64,000 bases of DNA, from positions 192,140,001 through 192,204,000 of the forward strand of contig NC_086097.1 of NCBI RefSeq assembly GCF_963921235.1, read 5' to 3'. Position 1 is the first letter of the stretch, and every line of letters starts with the position of its first letter. Positions 49,490 to 62,917 of this stretch are shown one piece after another. The translations under genes and the position numbers were made by a program. The notes under the pieces are model-generated. The model was not told the DNA's origin. It did no database searches and worked only from the letters and a program-made list of their open reading frames with translations. The stretch is from Mobula hypostoma. Lineage: Eukaryota.

Positions 49490-52425
49490 TTTGATGATGA
49501 GGGGATTTTAAGCTTTCATTAGAGCACTGGAATTGATACATACAACGGGATGAGTTGCAATATAAAAGGTAGACAAAATCGAAAAGGGTGATGAATACAG
49601 GACTGAAGGTGTTATATTTGAATGCACACGGTATACAGACCTTGTAGCACATTTACAGGTTGGAGTGTGTGACATTGTGGGCATCACTTTTGAATCATGG
49701 CTGGAAGAAGATTATAGCTGGCAGCTTAACATCCAAGAATGCATATTGTATTGAAAGGATAGGCAGGTAGGCGGAGTGGGTGGGGTGGCTTTGTTAGTAA
49801 AAAGTGAAATCGAATCATTAGAAAGAGATGACATGGGATTGGAAGGTGAAGAATCATGGGCAGAGCTAAGGAATGAAAAGGTAAGATGACCCTGATGGGA
49901 GTTGTATACAGACCTCCAAACAGTAGCAAAGATGTGGTCTACAAATTGCCATGGGAGATAGAAAATGCATGCCAAAAAGGCAATGTTACAATAATCATGG
50001 GGATTTCAATATGCAGGTAGATTGGGAAAATTAGGTTGGTGCTGGATCTCGAGAGGGGGACTTTGTAGAATGCTTTTGAGATGGCTTTTTAGAGCAGCTC
50101 ATGGTAGAATCCACCAGGGGAATCAGCTATTCTGGATTGGGTGTTGTGCAATGAACCAGAATTTATTAGAGAACTTAAGCTAAAGGAACGTTGAGAGGAA
50201 CATGATCATAATATGATTGAATTTACCCTGAGGTTGGAGATGGAGAAGCAAAAGTCAGATGTTTCAGTACTGCAGTGGAGTAAAGGGAATTGCACAGTCA
50301 CGAGAAAGGAGGAGGCCAAAGTTGAGTAGAAGGAAACACCAGCAGGGTTGACAGCAGAGCAGCAATGACTGGAGTTTCTGCAAATAATTTGGAAGGCACA
50401 GGATAGATACATCCCAAAGAAGAAGAAGTATTCTAAGGGCAGGATGATGCAATAATATCTGACAAAGGAAGTGAAAGCCAACATTAAAGCCAAAAGGAAT
50501 GCATATAATAAAGCAAAGAGTAATGGAATGTTAGACAAGTGGGAAGCTTTTAAAAAGCATCAGAAAGCAACTAAAAAAGTCGCTGAGAGGAAAAGATGGA
50601 ATATAAAGTTAAGCTAACCAACAACATTAAAAAGGATATCAAAAGTTTCTTTAGATATATAAAGTGTAAAAGAGAGGCAAAAGTAGTTGTCAAACAATTG
50701 GAAAATGATGCCGGAGAGGTAGTAATGGTGGACAAACTGAGTTAGCATCTTGCCCCAGTCTTCACTGTGGAAGACACCATTAGTACGCTGGAAGTTAGAG
50801 AGTGCCAGAGGGCAGAAGTGAGTAAAGTTGCCATTACTAGGGAGAATGTGCTTGGGGAACTGAAAGTCTGAAGGTAGATAAGACACATGGACCAGATGAT
50901 CTAGACCCCAGGGTTCTGAAAGAGGTGGATAAAGCGGTTGTGGAGGCATTAGTAATGGCATTTCAAGAATCAATGGATTCTGGAATGATTCCGGAGGACT
51001 GAAAAATTGTAGATGTCACTCCACGGTTCAAGAATGGAGAGAGGAAATTATAAGCCAGTTATTCTGACCTCAGTGATTGGGAAGACGTTGGAGTCAATTG
51101 TTAAGGATGTGGTTTTGGGGTATTTGGAGTCATATGATTAAATTGCTGAAATCAGCATGGTTTTTCTCAGGGAAAAACATGCCTGACAAATCTGTTGGAA
51201 TTATTTGAAAAGACCACATGCAGATTTGACAAAGGAGAATCGGGGGATGCTGTGTACTTGATTTTCACAAGTCCTTTGACAAAGTGCCACATATGAGGCT
51301 GCTTAACAAGTTAAAAACCCATGGCATTACAAGAAAACTTCTAGTATGGATAGAGCATTCGCTGGCATGAAGCAAACAGTGAGAATAAAGGGAGCCTTTT
51401 CTGGCTGGCTTCCGGTGACAAGCTGTGTTTCACAAGAGTCTGTATTGGGTCCACTCCTTTTTATGTTGTATGTCAATGATTTGGATGATGGAATTGATGA
51501 CTTTGTGGCCAGGTTTGTAGATGATATGAAGATTGCTGGAGGGGCAGGTAGTGTTGAGGAAGCACAGAGGCTACAGAAGGACTTGACAGATTGGGCAAAG
51601 AAGTTGCAGATGGAATACAGAGTCAGGAAGTGTATGGACATGCACTTTGTTAGAAGAAGTAGAAGTGTGGACTATTTTCTAACTGGAGTGAACATTTTAA
51701 AAATCTGAGGTATAAATGAACTTGGGAATCCTCATGCAGTATTTCCTAAAGGTTAAGTCGATGGTGAGGAAGGCAAAAGCAATGTTCGCATCATTTCGAG
51801 AGAACTAGTATTTGAGAGCAAGGATGTAATTTTGAGGATTTACAAGGCACTGATGAGGCCTCACTTGGAGTGTTGTGTGCAGTTTTGGGCCCCTTATCTA
51901 AGAAAGGATGTGCTGACATTGGAGAGAGTTCAAAGGAGGTTCATGAAAATGATTCTGAGATTGAAAGGCTTGTCATATGAAGAATGCTTGATAGATCTGC
52001 ACCTATCCTCCCTGGAATTCAGAAGAATGAGTTGGGGGGATCTCATTGAAACCCATCAGATGTTGAAAGGCCTTGATAGAGTGGATGTGGAGAGGATGTT
52101 TCCTATGGTGAAGGAGGTTAAGACCAAAGGACATAGCCTCAGAATAGATGAATGTCATTTTAGAATGATGAAGAGGAATTTCTTTAGCCAGAGAGTGATG
52201 AATCTGTGAAATTCATTGCTACTGGCAGCTGTGGAGGCCAAGTCATTGTAAAAAATATAAGGCAAAGGTTGATAGGTTCTTGATTAGTTGGGGCATGAAA
52301 TGATATGGGCAGAAGGCAGGAGATTGCGGCTGAGAGGTAAATGGATCAGCCATGATGAAATGGCGGAGCAGACTCGATGGGCCAAATGGCCTAAGTCTGC
52401 TCCTACATCTTATGGTCTTATGGTC
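49490..52425 (+). mobile_element. Decayed CR1 LINE ORF2
   Basis: GLKVLYLNAH; SQESVLGPLLFMLYVNDLD..FVDDMKI; LMRPHLECCVQFWAPY; (CTTATGGT)n tail at ~52408-52425. Confidence 0.87.
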
Positions 52426-53242
52426 ATTCTGACCTGAACTGTAGCCAGTTGTTAAAAACCATTTCCTCAGAGGACTTTAGACACTCCAAGTTATGTTCTA
52501 ATGTTAGCACAATCTAAGGGACAACCTTTCCTGTGCCAGTTAACCAGCAGAAGGAAATAGTCTGTTCCCAATTGAAAGACTTTCCATACACATCTCAGAA
52601 TTGGACTTCAATGTCCCAAGCAGTACTAGGCCGAGACCCTGACCACTGATCTCCTCCATGTTCTCCACAAAGTGATCATGCATATTCATCATTTTCTGAG
52701 TTTATGCTTTCTACGGGTTCTCCACTTTGCAACATTTTTACTCACCTTGGAAGGTTTAACCTCCTCTCTCATTGCAACTCTGATTCACTCCTTTCCAAAA
52801 AAGTGTACACAAACACTTGTCTTAAAGAAAGACCTTTATCTGTGGCCTGATTAACATCTTCAGCTTTCATTGAAAGACATCACCAGCAATTCTTATCGGG
52901 ATTGAAAACACAAGAGATTGTGCAGAAGCTAGAAATCCAGATTTGGATTCAGATTGATTTATCATTGAAACATGCTGTGAGGTGCATTGCTTGTGTTAGC
53001 GACCATTCCACCTGATGAAGTGCTGAGGGCAGCTGCAAGTATCACCATATATTCCATTGCCAACATAGTATATTCACAATGTCCGGCAGAGCAAAACAAG
53101 CAGCAGCAACAACAATAATAGATCAGAACAATACAAAACAATAAATTCAAAACAAGGCTCTTTCCGTCCTCCCTCCATCCACCCATCCTCTCACTCACTC
53201 ACTCAGCCAGACCTCCAACTCCAGGATTGGGCACATCCAGGC

Positions 53243-53402
53243 CTCCAGTCCTTGGCCAGGGTCTTCCATACTCACAGACACGGGCCCTTCAACCTCTAGT
53301 CCTTGGCCGAGGTCTCCCATACTCACAGACATGGGCCCTTCGACCTCTAGTTCTTGGCCAGGGTCTCCCATACTCACAGACATGGGCCCTTCAACCTCCA
53401 GT
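53243..53402. repeat. 51-bp minisatellite, ~3 copies
   Basis: Unit ctagtccttggccagggtctcccatactcacagacatgggcccttcaacct; gives 17-aa periodicity in the overlapping ORFs. Confidence 0.9.
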
Positions 53403-53964
53403 ACCCGGCCTGGAATCTCAGACTTGCAGTCATCAGGTGTATATATTCAATGACAGTTTTATCTGGCTTGATGACCACCAACAACTCACAGCGTTGGACC
53501 TCACCAAGATCCCATTCAACTTTCACAGCTCTTCCTCTGCCTGATGTTTAAAAGCATAGGAACCAGTTTTATCCCACAATAAATGGGGCAGGCTCTTGAT
53601 GAATATGTGAGTTCGTACCTATCAAAGCTGCTCTGCGAGTAAAACCTAAAACATGCTTAAAGATTCTGCAGGTAGATAGATGTTATCTATTGCAACCCAG
53701 TTAAAATGCAGAGATTGAAGGCAGTTCAAACAGTTTCAGACATGCTATGTAATTGACTATGGTTACAGCCAAATTTCTTTACAAATCTTTGTAGCAGATT
53801 GTCAGTGTTGCTTAATGAGAAACTACAAGACCTGCATAGAGTAAAACAATCTTTAAAGGAATGTCAACCTTAAAGCAAGTGTTATTGATCAAAATCAGTA
53901 TTAACATTTCCTACAGTAAATATCAAAATAACTGGAGCAAGCTATATGGGATACTGATGCATCT

Positions 53965-54285
53965 GGGCAGTACAATAGACCAGCTAGTAGAGCTACTGCT
54001 GGGTTCAACTCTGTCTGTGTGAAGTTTGTACAGTCTTCCTGTGAGCATGTCTGCTTTACCTTGGTGCTCATATTTCCTCCCACATCCCAAAAGATGTGCA
54101 GATTGGTAGGTTAGTTAACCACTGTAAATTACCCTTAATGTGTGGGTGAGAGACGAAACCTGGGAGGAATTGATGGGATGAGGAGAAAGTAAAATGGGAT
54201 TCATGTAAGATTGGGCACTTGATGGCTGATGTGGACTTAATGAGCTGTAGGATCTGTTTATATTCTGTATGACTCAGTGACTTTA
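53965..54285 (+). mobile_element. Degenerate V-SINE
   Basis: gtctgtgtgaagtttgtaca..tttcctcccacatcccaaaagatgtgcag..ttaaccactgtaaattaccc core. Confidence 0.65.
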
Positions 54286-55373
54286 TTACTCTGTGCTTCC
54301 TCATCTACACATGCACCATTGATAACATTGTTCAAAGAGCCTATATGATAAGTGATCTATACCTATGGAATACATTATTATTCCTCTCTGCTCCTACACT
54401 GTTCATCTTTGTCCCACATTAACTTTGTTCAAACAATTTGGAGGGAAGAGTTGTAAACACAGATGAGACTTGATGAATAATATGTGTTTGATATTTTGCA
54501 CATGGATTTTCAAAGGGATTTTATGAAGTGCCATGTATTATGCCTTTTAACAAGATTGAAATGCATTAAATTAAATAACAGTCACTGCGCACATACATAA
54601 TGTATGCTGTTGAGTAAAGCTGCGTACATTATGAGCTAAATATATTGTCTCCCACACTTGCTCTTTCAGTCCAAGTGACTTGATAATTTTCTATTCATAT
54701 TTTCCAAAACTGATTTTTAAAAAAGAAGTTGTTAAACTAAACATTTTTAAAAATAGAAATCATTTATCTAGACATGTTTACTAGAAGCTACAATTCTGCA
54801 GACAGGCATGATGGCCAAACAGTTAAATTCAAAACTTCCATTTTGCCATTCATTTTTGGTGCTTTATTAAAACTTGCTCAACAAAACCTTCATTAATGTA
54901 TGTTTGTTTTCAGGAGCACTGTTGATGACTCATCTGAACTGAAAGTGTGAATATGGCAAGCACTAAGAACCAGTCTTTCACATATTATTGTTGGTGGAAC
55001 AGTCAATTGAACAAGTGGCAAGCAGTCTGTAAAACAAAATAAAAATACACTGTATAGATCTGGAACCATTCAATGCTTTAAGATATTTCCATTACTAAAA
55101 GCTGACATGGGCAGCTAGAAAATTTGGCTATAATTCTCTATCTTTCTTTCCACATATGCTGTCTGATCTGCTGGGTATATCCTACATTTTCTGTTCTTAT
55201 TTTTGAAAACTTTATTCCTGCTCATTTCACTGAGAATACAGTGGTGAGAAGGATACTTTGTATGTTTTAAACTGACCTAAAATTGTTTAGCTGTTGAAGA
55301 GTGTTTGCCTTGCTTAAGCATTAAAAATGAACTCCACCTTGGACAGTCCCAAGCCTGGCTGTGAAAGGAGGAA

Positions 55374-55484
55374 CGGCCCGAAACGTCGACTGATCTTTTC
55401 CACGGATGCTGCCCTACCTGCTGAGTTCCTCTAGCGTGTTGTGAGTGTTGCTTTGACTCCAGCATCTGGAGATTATTTTGTGTT
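55374..55484 (+). mobile_element. 5'-truncated Penelope-like 3' end, starting inside the hammerhead
   Basis: Begins cggcccgaaacgtcgact; perfect 14-bp TSD TGTGAAAGGAGGAA (55360-55373 and 55485-55498). Confidence 0.82.
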
Positions 55485-55812
55485 TGTGAAAGGAGGAAGA
55501 CTGGACAGGGGCAAACAACCCTATAACATAAAAACCCAGAGCTACAGAAATGCCAACAGAAGCTCCAAAGACCTCACCCCTGGGAGAAGAAGGATCTTTG
55601 AAAATTGGGCTACACCTGGGGACAACTTGAAAAACTAAGCGAGCTGCTGGTGGTGGCTGATGCCACAGTAGGGGTGTTGGGCACAGTAGGAAACAATAAA
55701 CCTGACTTAGATGATGATCAATGTGATTTTTCATTTACTTTTGACAGAGATTTGTCTAGAATCCTTAGCCTCAATGGCTCTTATTTGAACAGTGCCAGAT
55801 TTCGGCAATGAC

Positions 55813-55892
55813 CAGGTGTTCTTAACCTGGCGTCCACAGACCTCTTGCTTAATGGCATTGGTCGATGGTATATAAAAGGTTGTGAGCCCCTG
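55813..55892. mobile_element. ~80-bp hAT-Charlie-type MITE
   Basis: Imperfect TIRs CAGGTGTTCTTAACCT / AGGTTGTGAGCCCCTG; no clean TSD. Confidence 0.45.
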
Positions 55893-58800
55893 ACACAGAG
55901 TATTAATGAACCACTGCATTCTAGTAATATAAAAGCCTGTCTTGGCTTTGGTTTGGTGGAGGTATTCTACACTATGTTATGTCTCAATTAAGCAGCAGCT
56001 ACTAATGGGTTTCATATTGGTTGTCTACCCTCTGCCTAATTAAGCTGAGCTCAAGGCAAGTTGACATCAACTATTATGAGCGAGTCACTTGAGAAAATTT
56101 GTTATCTTTTGCAGGAATACGTTAGCAATGGCTATATACAGTAATTATGTGAATGGATAAACAGCATAGGTTACTGTGCTGTCTGGTCCTGAAGCAATGA
56201 CATGCGTCCATTCTGTATTTGTGATTTCTGAAACTATTTATGGAGCTAGCAAAATCAAGAGTGGCTACAGTGCATCAACATTATCTGCAATCTCAAAGCA
56301 TTGTGTTCAAGTGCATCAAATCTAAAGCTGAAGCATTTCTAAATTTTAAGCAAATACCACAAACTACAAAATGAATATAATTTGAAAAGTAATCTTACAA
56401 CATATTTATTGTGAGCTGGGGGAAGAACAAGGCATCTAAATGGTGTCTTGAAACAGCTGGTAAGTTGAATTAAAATAGCAATGTATGTTGGTTACAAAGA
56501 AGCAGATGTACAGTATATCATAGCTAACATGCATTGAAAGATGACGGGAAGCATTCCAGAAAAATCAGCAGGCATCAAAGGGAGCTTGCATAATGTCCGT
56601 GCGTTTGTATCAACCTCCTCTGCGGGTCCTGGAACAACTGACCTAGCAATGAACATGGAAGTGACTTCATGGGGTCTGGATCAGCAGAAAGTCAGCTGTA
56701 GATCATCAGCATCTGCTGTAAAGAGCTGCAGTGCATTATGCCCATTGGGAAAAGGCTTCCCATGGACCTCAAGGTCATCCTTCCTTCACTTAGGTTATGT
56801 TGCAATGATTATAGCACAGGATCAGCAGGCCCATGGGATGAGTGAATAGTTTACACAATCTCTCCAACATAAGGCCCAAACATTTTAGAACAAAGGGTGT
56901 GCTTTTGTTGACTTTCTCTGCGGACTCAAATTAATGGTTTGGCTGTCTTTAGGGGTGGAATTTACATTAGCTTTTCACCTGAAGTTGGAATTCTCAGATG
57001 TTTTTGTTGTGGCACAACCCAGTTATGAATGTTTAGAATTCTTGGTTCTGCTGACTGCATAAATGGAGATATTGAAATGCTCTTTCAGGCACCTCAACAT
57101 GCAGACTGTATCACTTCCTTGGAAAAGTACATTACTGACATTCTTCACTTTTGCTATGTTTTTCTTGAATTGACAGTAACAGAATTCTGTAGCTGATGGG
57201 ATAATGATGCATGCTTTTCTTCAATAAAACAATTAACAGTAGACTTCAATAAACCTGAGAAGCATTAACATTTCAGATTGAGTTTTGATGAATGGTCTTC
57301 ATTTTGAAAGGTTCCCTCTGTTTTAGAGTGTTTTCAGTATTTTATATTTTTATTTCAAATATCCTGCAGGTATTCTTTTTTAAATTTTCAAACATTACTA
57401 TGTCAAGTGCAATGAAAAAGTAAATTTGAACAGAAGCTAAAAAAACATTTCTCACCACAAAATGACCTTGCTCATGCTTGTGAAGTCAATGAATTTCTTG
57501 TGAAACTTGCTGTAGTTCTGCATCTGAAGGTTATCAACTCACAGAAACTGCATAATATTTGGAAAGCATGACATGGACTTAGCTTTCATAGTTAATTGAC
57601 AGCATTCACCACATACCTCAATTAAAAAGTGGAACTTTAGAGACACCCTTCATAGTTGATGTATTGTTCAAACGTATTTTTCATGTCATATGGAGACATT
57701 AGCACTAGATTACCCACACAATTACAAAAATAATTTTGCTGTACACTCCAGCAATTAATCAATGCAGTTTAGGCTTTTAATACTTTAGAAACATTCAAAG
57801 AATTCTACAGTTAACAAGCTTTTAAAATAATGTTTGAAATGTTTATTAAAGTATCCTTTAAATAGAATTGGCTTAGGGAACTCTTTTTAACTCCATCATC
57901 TGGTCTCTTTCAGCATTTTCAACTGGCAAAATCCAGGAGAAAGCATAACTTCTTTTACTCATACTTAGTGCAGAATATATGAGCAAGTTCCTCTGTAAGT
58001 AGTGGACAATGAACCAAAGTTGTTCTCCTTTGTGTTCTCAGTGCAGTGTTGCATCTCTGATAGCAACTTGCAGATTTCTGTCTTAGAATATAAATACATG
58101 GAATTCTCACCAGTGCTGTCAGTTTTGCCTTCATTCCCATTGGAAAATCCACTTTAGGGTAAGAATCTGACATATACTTCAGGTAATGACATTAACTTAT
58201 CTCCTTACATTTTTCCGTTTTGATTGACCAAAATAGCTTGGGTTATATTGCTCTTAAAGCTACTAATTAGTGAACAAAAAGGTTTGAAAGTATTATGATC
58301 AAGCTTTATTGCTCTGTGTGTTTTATTAGGTTTTATCAGCAGAATTTCTGTGAAGGATTTAAAAAAATCTTTTAGTTGTAAAACACATAGCAACTCATTC
58401 AAAAATTCATCCAAGAGTTTCATGTGCAATCAACAAAAAGTTAATGATTATATGCATCTATTGTGAATCCTTAAATTCCTGTCCAATAAAACATACATTT
58501 AATGTTGCATTTTAGGATAAGGCTGAGCTCCATTTCTTGGTGTCATTATCTTCCTACTTGCATAGCTTCTCTTATATGCAACTTTGAAAATAAATCTGTA
58601 TTTTGCTTTCAACTCTGCAAGAAGAAGAAGATTAAAAATGAGGAGCAATACTTCCTTTTCAAAAATGAATTAGAAGCTTCAAAAATGAATTGAACTTAGG
58701 GTTGTCAATTACTTTATAATTGCTGGCCAGGATTTGCAGCTGTAATGATGGTGAAATGAATAGTATTGGGCTCCACTGTATTAGCATACTGATGAAAACT

Positions 58801-59059
58801 ATTGATGTGCACGTGTGCTCTTGAGTGAAAGGCATTAATGAAGGATTTTACTTTAAAGAACCCTAAAAATGTTGCATACCTGGCTGTGGGCTCCTGCTCC
58901 TGTACTGTCGTTATAAGGGGCAAGATAAGCTGAAGGAATAGCTCATTATTCTCTGACTGCACAACTTGATCCTTCCAGTAATTGAATTTGATAGTTTCAG
59001 TTAACTCATTTTCCATCTTCCTCATTAACCTCTTGTTAATCTGAAGATTTCATCAAAGG

Positions 59060-59270
59060 CTTATTATCCCCATGGCTTCACCCTATCAGAGATATTTCCT
59101 TTGTCCTATCTAAGCCTTCCCTACCTCTTTACAACATAAAACCAATTTATTTACTCTCTCTCTCCCAATTCTGATGAAGGTTCTTTAACCTGAAATGATA
59201 ATCCTTCTTCTCTTAATCCAGATGCTACCTGACCTGCTGCACATTTCCAGAGCTTTCTGTTTTCGTTAAA
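59060..59270 (+). mobile_element. Old Penelope-like 3' repeat with a degraded hammerhead
   Basis: CTGATGA-AGGTT-CTTT-AACCT-GAAA at ~59171-59195, followed by agatgctacctgacctgctg. Confidence 0.6.
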
Positions 59271-60329
59271 AATATATTACCCTTTGGTGCATGAAGTATA
59301 AGTGAGATTTGAATAGTGTACAAAGCTATAATTGATGCTTACTAATATTTTGGTTTTAAAAACAATTTCCTATATGTACTTTTTCATCCCTTTGATAATT
59401 TTTTCAAGACTCAATGGCCTTTGTTTTGATGCCCACCTTTTATTTATTCAGATCTATATTTTGTCTCTTCATGGAGAAGTAAAAGAAAACAAGAAAGATG
59501 GAATGACCTACATAAGGGATCATAAATACTTGTGTATAATGATTGGTCAGTGCTATGACTTTACCATTACAAAATCATATCCTTTGCTTTGTTTCTAGAA
59601 CTTTCGCACATGCTTCAAGGACACCTATGAGGTGGATTTCTCAAAAGGTGTTTGAGAAGTGCTGCTGATTCTGAAAAAAATGTAATGCACATAAGAAAGC
59701 TTTGTCAAACTTAGTACTTAGCTACAAATTAGATGACATCTTGAAGGAGTAAAGTCTAACTAAGATGGAAGACTTGAACATGTTGATACTCAGAGAAACT
59801 ATAATTTCAAATGTGTTTTCAAGATCACATTCTAAAGTCCCACCAAACCCATACTAGAGACTAAAATTGGAACTAAGGAAGTTATAATACAAACATTCTC
59901 TTTTAATATTCTAAAGATGTCAATTACACCATTAAACTTTCACTTTCCAATAATAATTAAATTATCAACTTTGAAGATTTGGTTCCCACATACACATTAG
60001 AGATGGGCTGTTGTCAGGAATAAAGTATTTATACTTTGAATCTTGGCTCACTTATTCTTCCGGATTAGATTTCTCCTCATAGTTTGAGGTTAAAACCAGA
60101 ACGTATGTACATTTGTAGATAATAACAGAAAAATGTGCTTGGATGAGTCATTAATCTTTATTAATGACATATTAAAGACAAGTGATTAATGATAGAGGTG
60201 GTGGACAGGGGACATGAGAATGGGGAAAGTGGAAAGATGTAGGAATGTGTATATCATAAAGTGGAACCTAGAAAAAGTAGAATAGGAGCTGTTACTTCTC
60301 TACTTCCAACGTGGGTGCGATTGAAAGTG

Positions 60330-62390
60330 AAACAATATTTCGGGTCCAAGAAGACAGCCTGAGACAAGAAGGGATATTGAGGGAATGCAAAACAGGGGAG
60401 GACCTTAAGTAGTATTGAGAGTTTAGTAGATAATTAAAAAAGAAATTAGAAGGGCAAGGAGGGGACACAGACAAGGTTAAGGAAACTCTTAAATCATTTT
60501 ATATTAAGGAAAAAGTATTACCCATTTTGAATCAAATTGGCAATCTGCATGTGTGGACTCAAGGGTATAGGTAAAGGCTTAAAAACAACAAATCTCATCT
60601 GTATTCACTAAGGAGATAGACTGTAGTTAGAGAATTCATCAAGGGTGACAGTGAAATTTTAGAGCACGTTTGCATTAAAAATTTGCAGATGAAGCCAAGA
60701 TTAGGGTCATAGTGGACAACAAAGGCTATCAAATCTTGTAGTATGATCTTGACCAGCTGGGAAAATGGGCTGAGAAATGGCAAATGGAATTTAATGAAGA
60801 CGTACGTGAGGTGTGGCACTTTGGGAAAATAAACCCATGAATGTTGAGGAATGGATGTCTTCAGTAGAACAAAGAAGCCTGGGTATGCAGATTCATAATT
60901 CCTTGAAAGTGGCATCACAGGTAGAGTGACTAAGAGGGCTTTTGGCACACTAGCGTTCTTAAGCCAGAGCACTGAGTATAGAATTTGGAATATTATATTG
61001 AAATTATTTAAGACGTTGGTGGGCACTTGGTTTGGAATATTGTGCACAGTTTTGGTCACCTACCTACAGGGAAGATATCAATAAGATTGGAAGAGAACAG
61101 AGAAATTATACAAGGATGTTGCTGGGACTTGAGGACCTGAGTTAGAGGAAAAGGTTGAATAGGTTACGACTTTATTTACTGGAGTGCAGGTATTTTAGGG
61201 GAGATATTACAGAAGTACACAAAATCATGAGGAGTATAAATAGGTTGAATACATGGAGTTTAGTAGGATTAGTTTAGTACATACAAGTTAGTACTGAAGC
61301 TTAGAGCCCTTGAGGATCCAGGGTAATTAGGCTAATTCGATCTGAAGTTGCTTGGTAAAAGGAAACAAGGAGAAATAGTAGTGGTTAATATGGTTGCTGC
61401 TAGTTTGTGACCAGTGTTGCATCAGAGAGTGCTGCCTACTGTCTTTGTACACATTAACAATTCAGATATGAACATCAGAGGTGACTATGTGACATGAACA
61501 TTAGTGATGTTGTTGAAAGTGAGAAGAAATGTCATTACCAAGACGATCAATTAGATCATTTGGTAAGGTGGGCAGACTTACAACAAATAGAATTTAATCT
61601 TGATAAGTAAAAGCTGATTACACTATGGAAAGACTAATTTAGGGTAGGACATATAATGCTGGAGCCCTGGGGAGTATGAGGAACAGAGAGGGCTTGATAT
61701 CAGTTCAGACATTTCACAGAGTAGCAGCACAGATGGCTAAATAGGATGAAGGCATATGGGATACTTGCTTTCAATAGTGCCACACAGTTTGTAAGAACAG
61801 GAGGTTATAGAACACATTTATAAAATATCTGTTAGACCACAACTGGAGTAAGGCTTACACAGTAAGGGCACTGGGAGATCTGGGAATATAGATCTATAAT
61901 TCCTTGAAAGTGGCATCACAGTTGTTTGGCACATTGGCCTTTATAAATCAAAGTATTGAGAACAGGATTTTGAATGTTATGTTAAAGTTGTATAAGAAAT
62001 TGGTGGGGCCTAATTTGGAGTGTTGTGTGCAGTTCTGGTCACCTAGCCTCAGGGAAGATATTAATAGAATTGTAAGAGTGCAGAGAAAATTTACAAGGAT
62101 GTTGCTGGTACTGAAGAATCTGAGTTATGGGGGATCATTAAGTTGGTTAGGAATTTATTTCTTGGAGTGTAGGAGATTGAGGGGAGATTTGACGGAGGTA
62201 TACAAAATTATGACGGGTAGAGAAAGGATAAATGTAATCCGGCTTTTTCTACCGAGGATGGGCAAGACTAGAACAGGAGGTCAGATGTAAGGGTGAAAGA
62301 TGAAATGTTTAAGGGGAATGTGGGTGGGAGCTGCTTCACTCAGAGTGGTGATAATGTGGAATGAACTGCCCATGGAGATGGTGGATGCAT
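60330..62390 (+). mobile_element. Cluster of decayed CR1 fragments
   Basis: Repeated ORF2 C-terminal motifs, e.g. 61904-62290 LVGPNLECCVQFWSP..RRLRGDLTEVYKIM. Confidence 0.7.
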
Positions 62391-62665
62391 ACAAGAGAAA
62401 ATCTGCAAATGCTGGAAATCCAAACAACACACATACAAAATGCTGGAGGAACTCAGCATCTATGGAAAAAAGTGCAGTTGACGTTTTGGGCCGAAACCCT
62501 TCGGCAGGACTGAAGAAAAAAAGCGCAGGAGTACTTTTGAAAGGTGGGGGGGGGGGTGCGGAAGGAGGGAGGGAGAAATGCCAGGTGATAGGTGAAATTT
62601 GGAGGGTGAGGGATGAACTCACCAATCAACTTCTCAGCTCTTTGCTTCATCCCTCCCCCTCCAAA
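62391..62665 (-). mobile_element. Penelope-like 3' repeat (second subfamily) with an inverted 5' piece
   Basis: 3' end acaagagaaaatctgcaaatgctgg; mutated hammerhead at 62476-62511; inverted tcaccaatcaacttctcagctc.. at ~62619-62663. Confidence 0.7.
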
Positions 62666-62917
62666 AATGGAATAAAACATGAGAAGAGATTAACTGGAGA
62701 ATGACAATACAAACAAAGAAATGCAAAATGGTGTGAAATGCAGGGATGTAGTGTGCTAACGGGGAAATAAAAACAGAGCCAATGTTATAGATTGATGACT
62801 TACAGCAGAATTGGTCCTTCCTGACACCAACAGAGAAAGAAAGTTACTTGAAGGTGTAGAATTCAGTGCTGAGTCCATTCAGCACTGCGTCTGGATATGA
62901 AAGAGCGTAATCCTAGA

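Noticed and set aside
53243..53402. CRISPR-like periodicity
   Set aside because: The units are contiguous with no unique spacers, and the context is eukaryotic.
57955..59025. Three minus-strand ORFs of 72-103 aa in unique AT-rich DNA
   Set aside because: No convincing domain, and candidate splice sites do not give an open exon. A faint resemblance to BEL/Pao RNase H was too weak to call.
62820..62829. CCTGACACCA, the reverse complement of a tRNA-Leu PBS start
   Set aside because: Short match with no adjacent LTR; likely chance.
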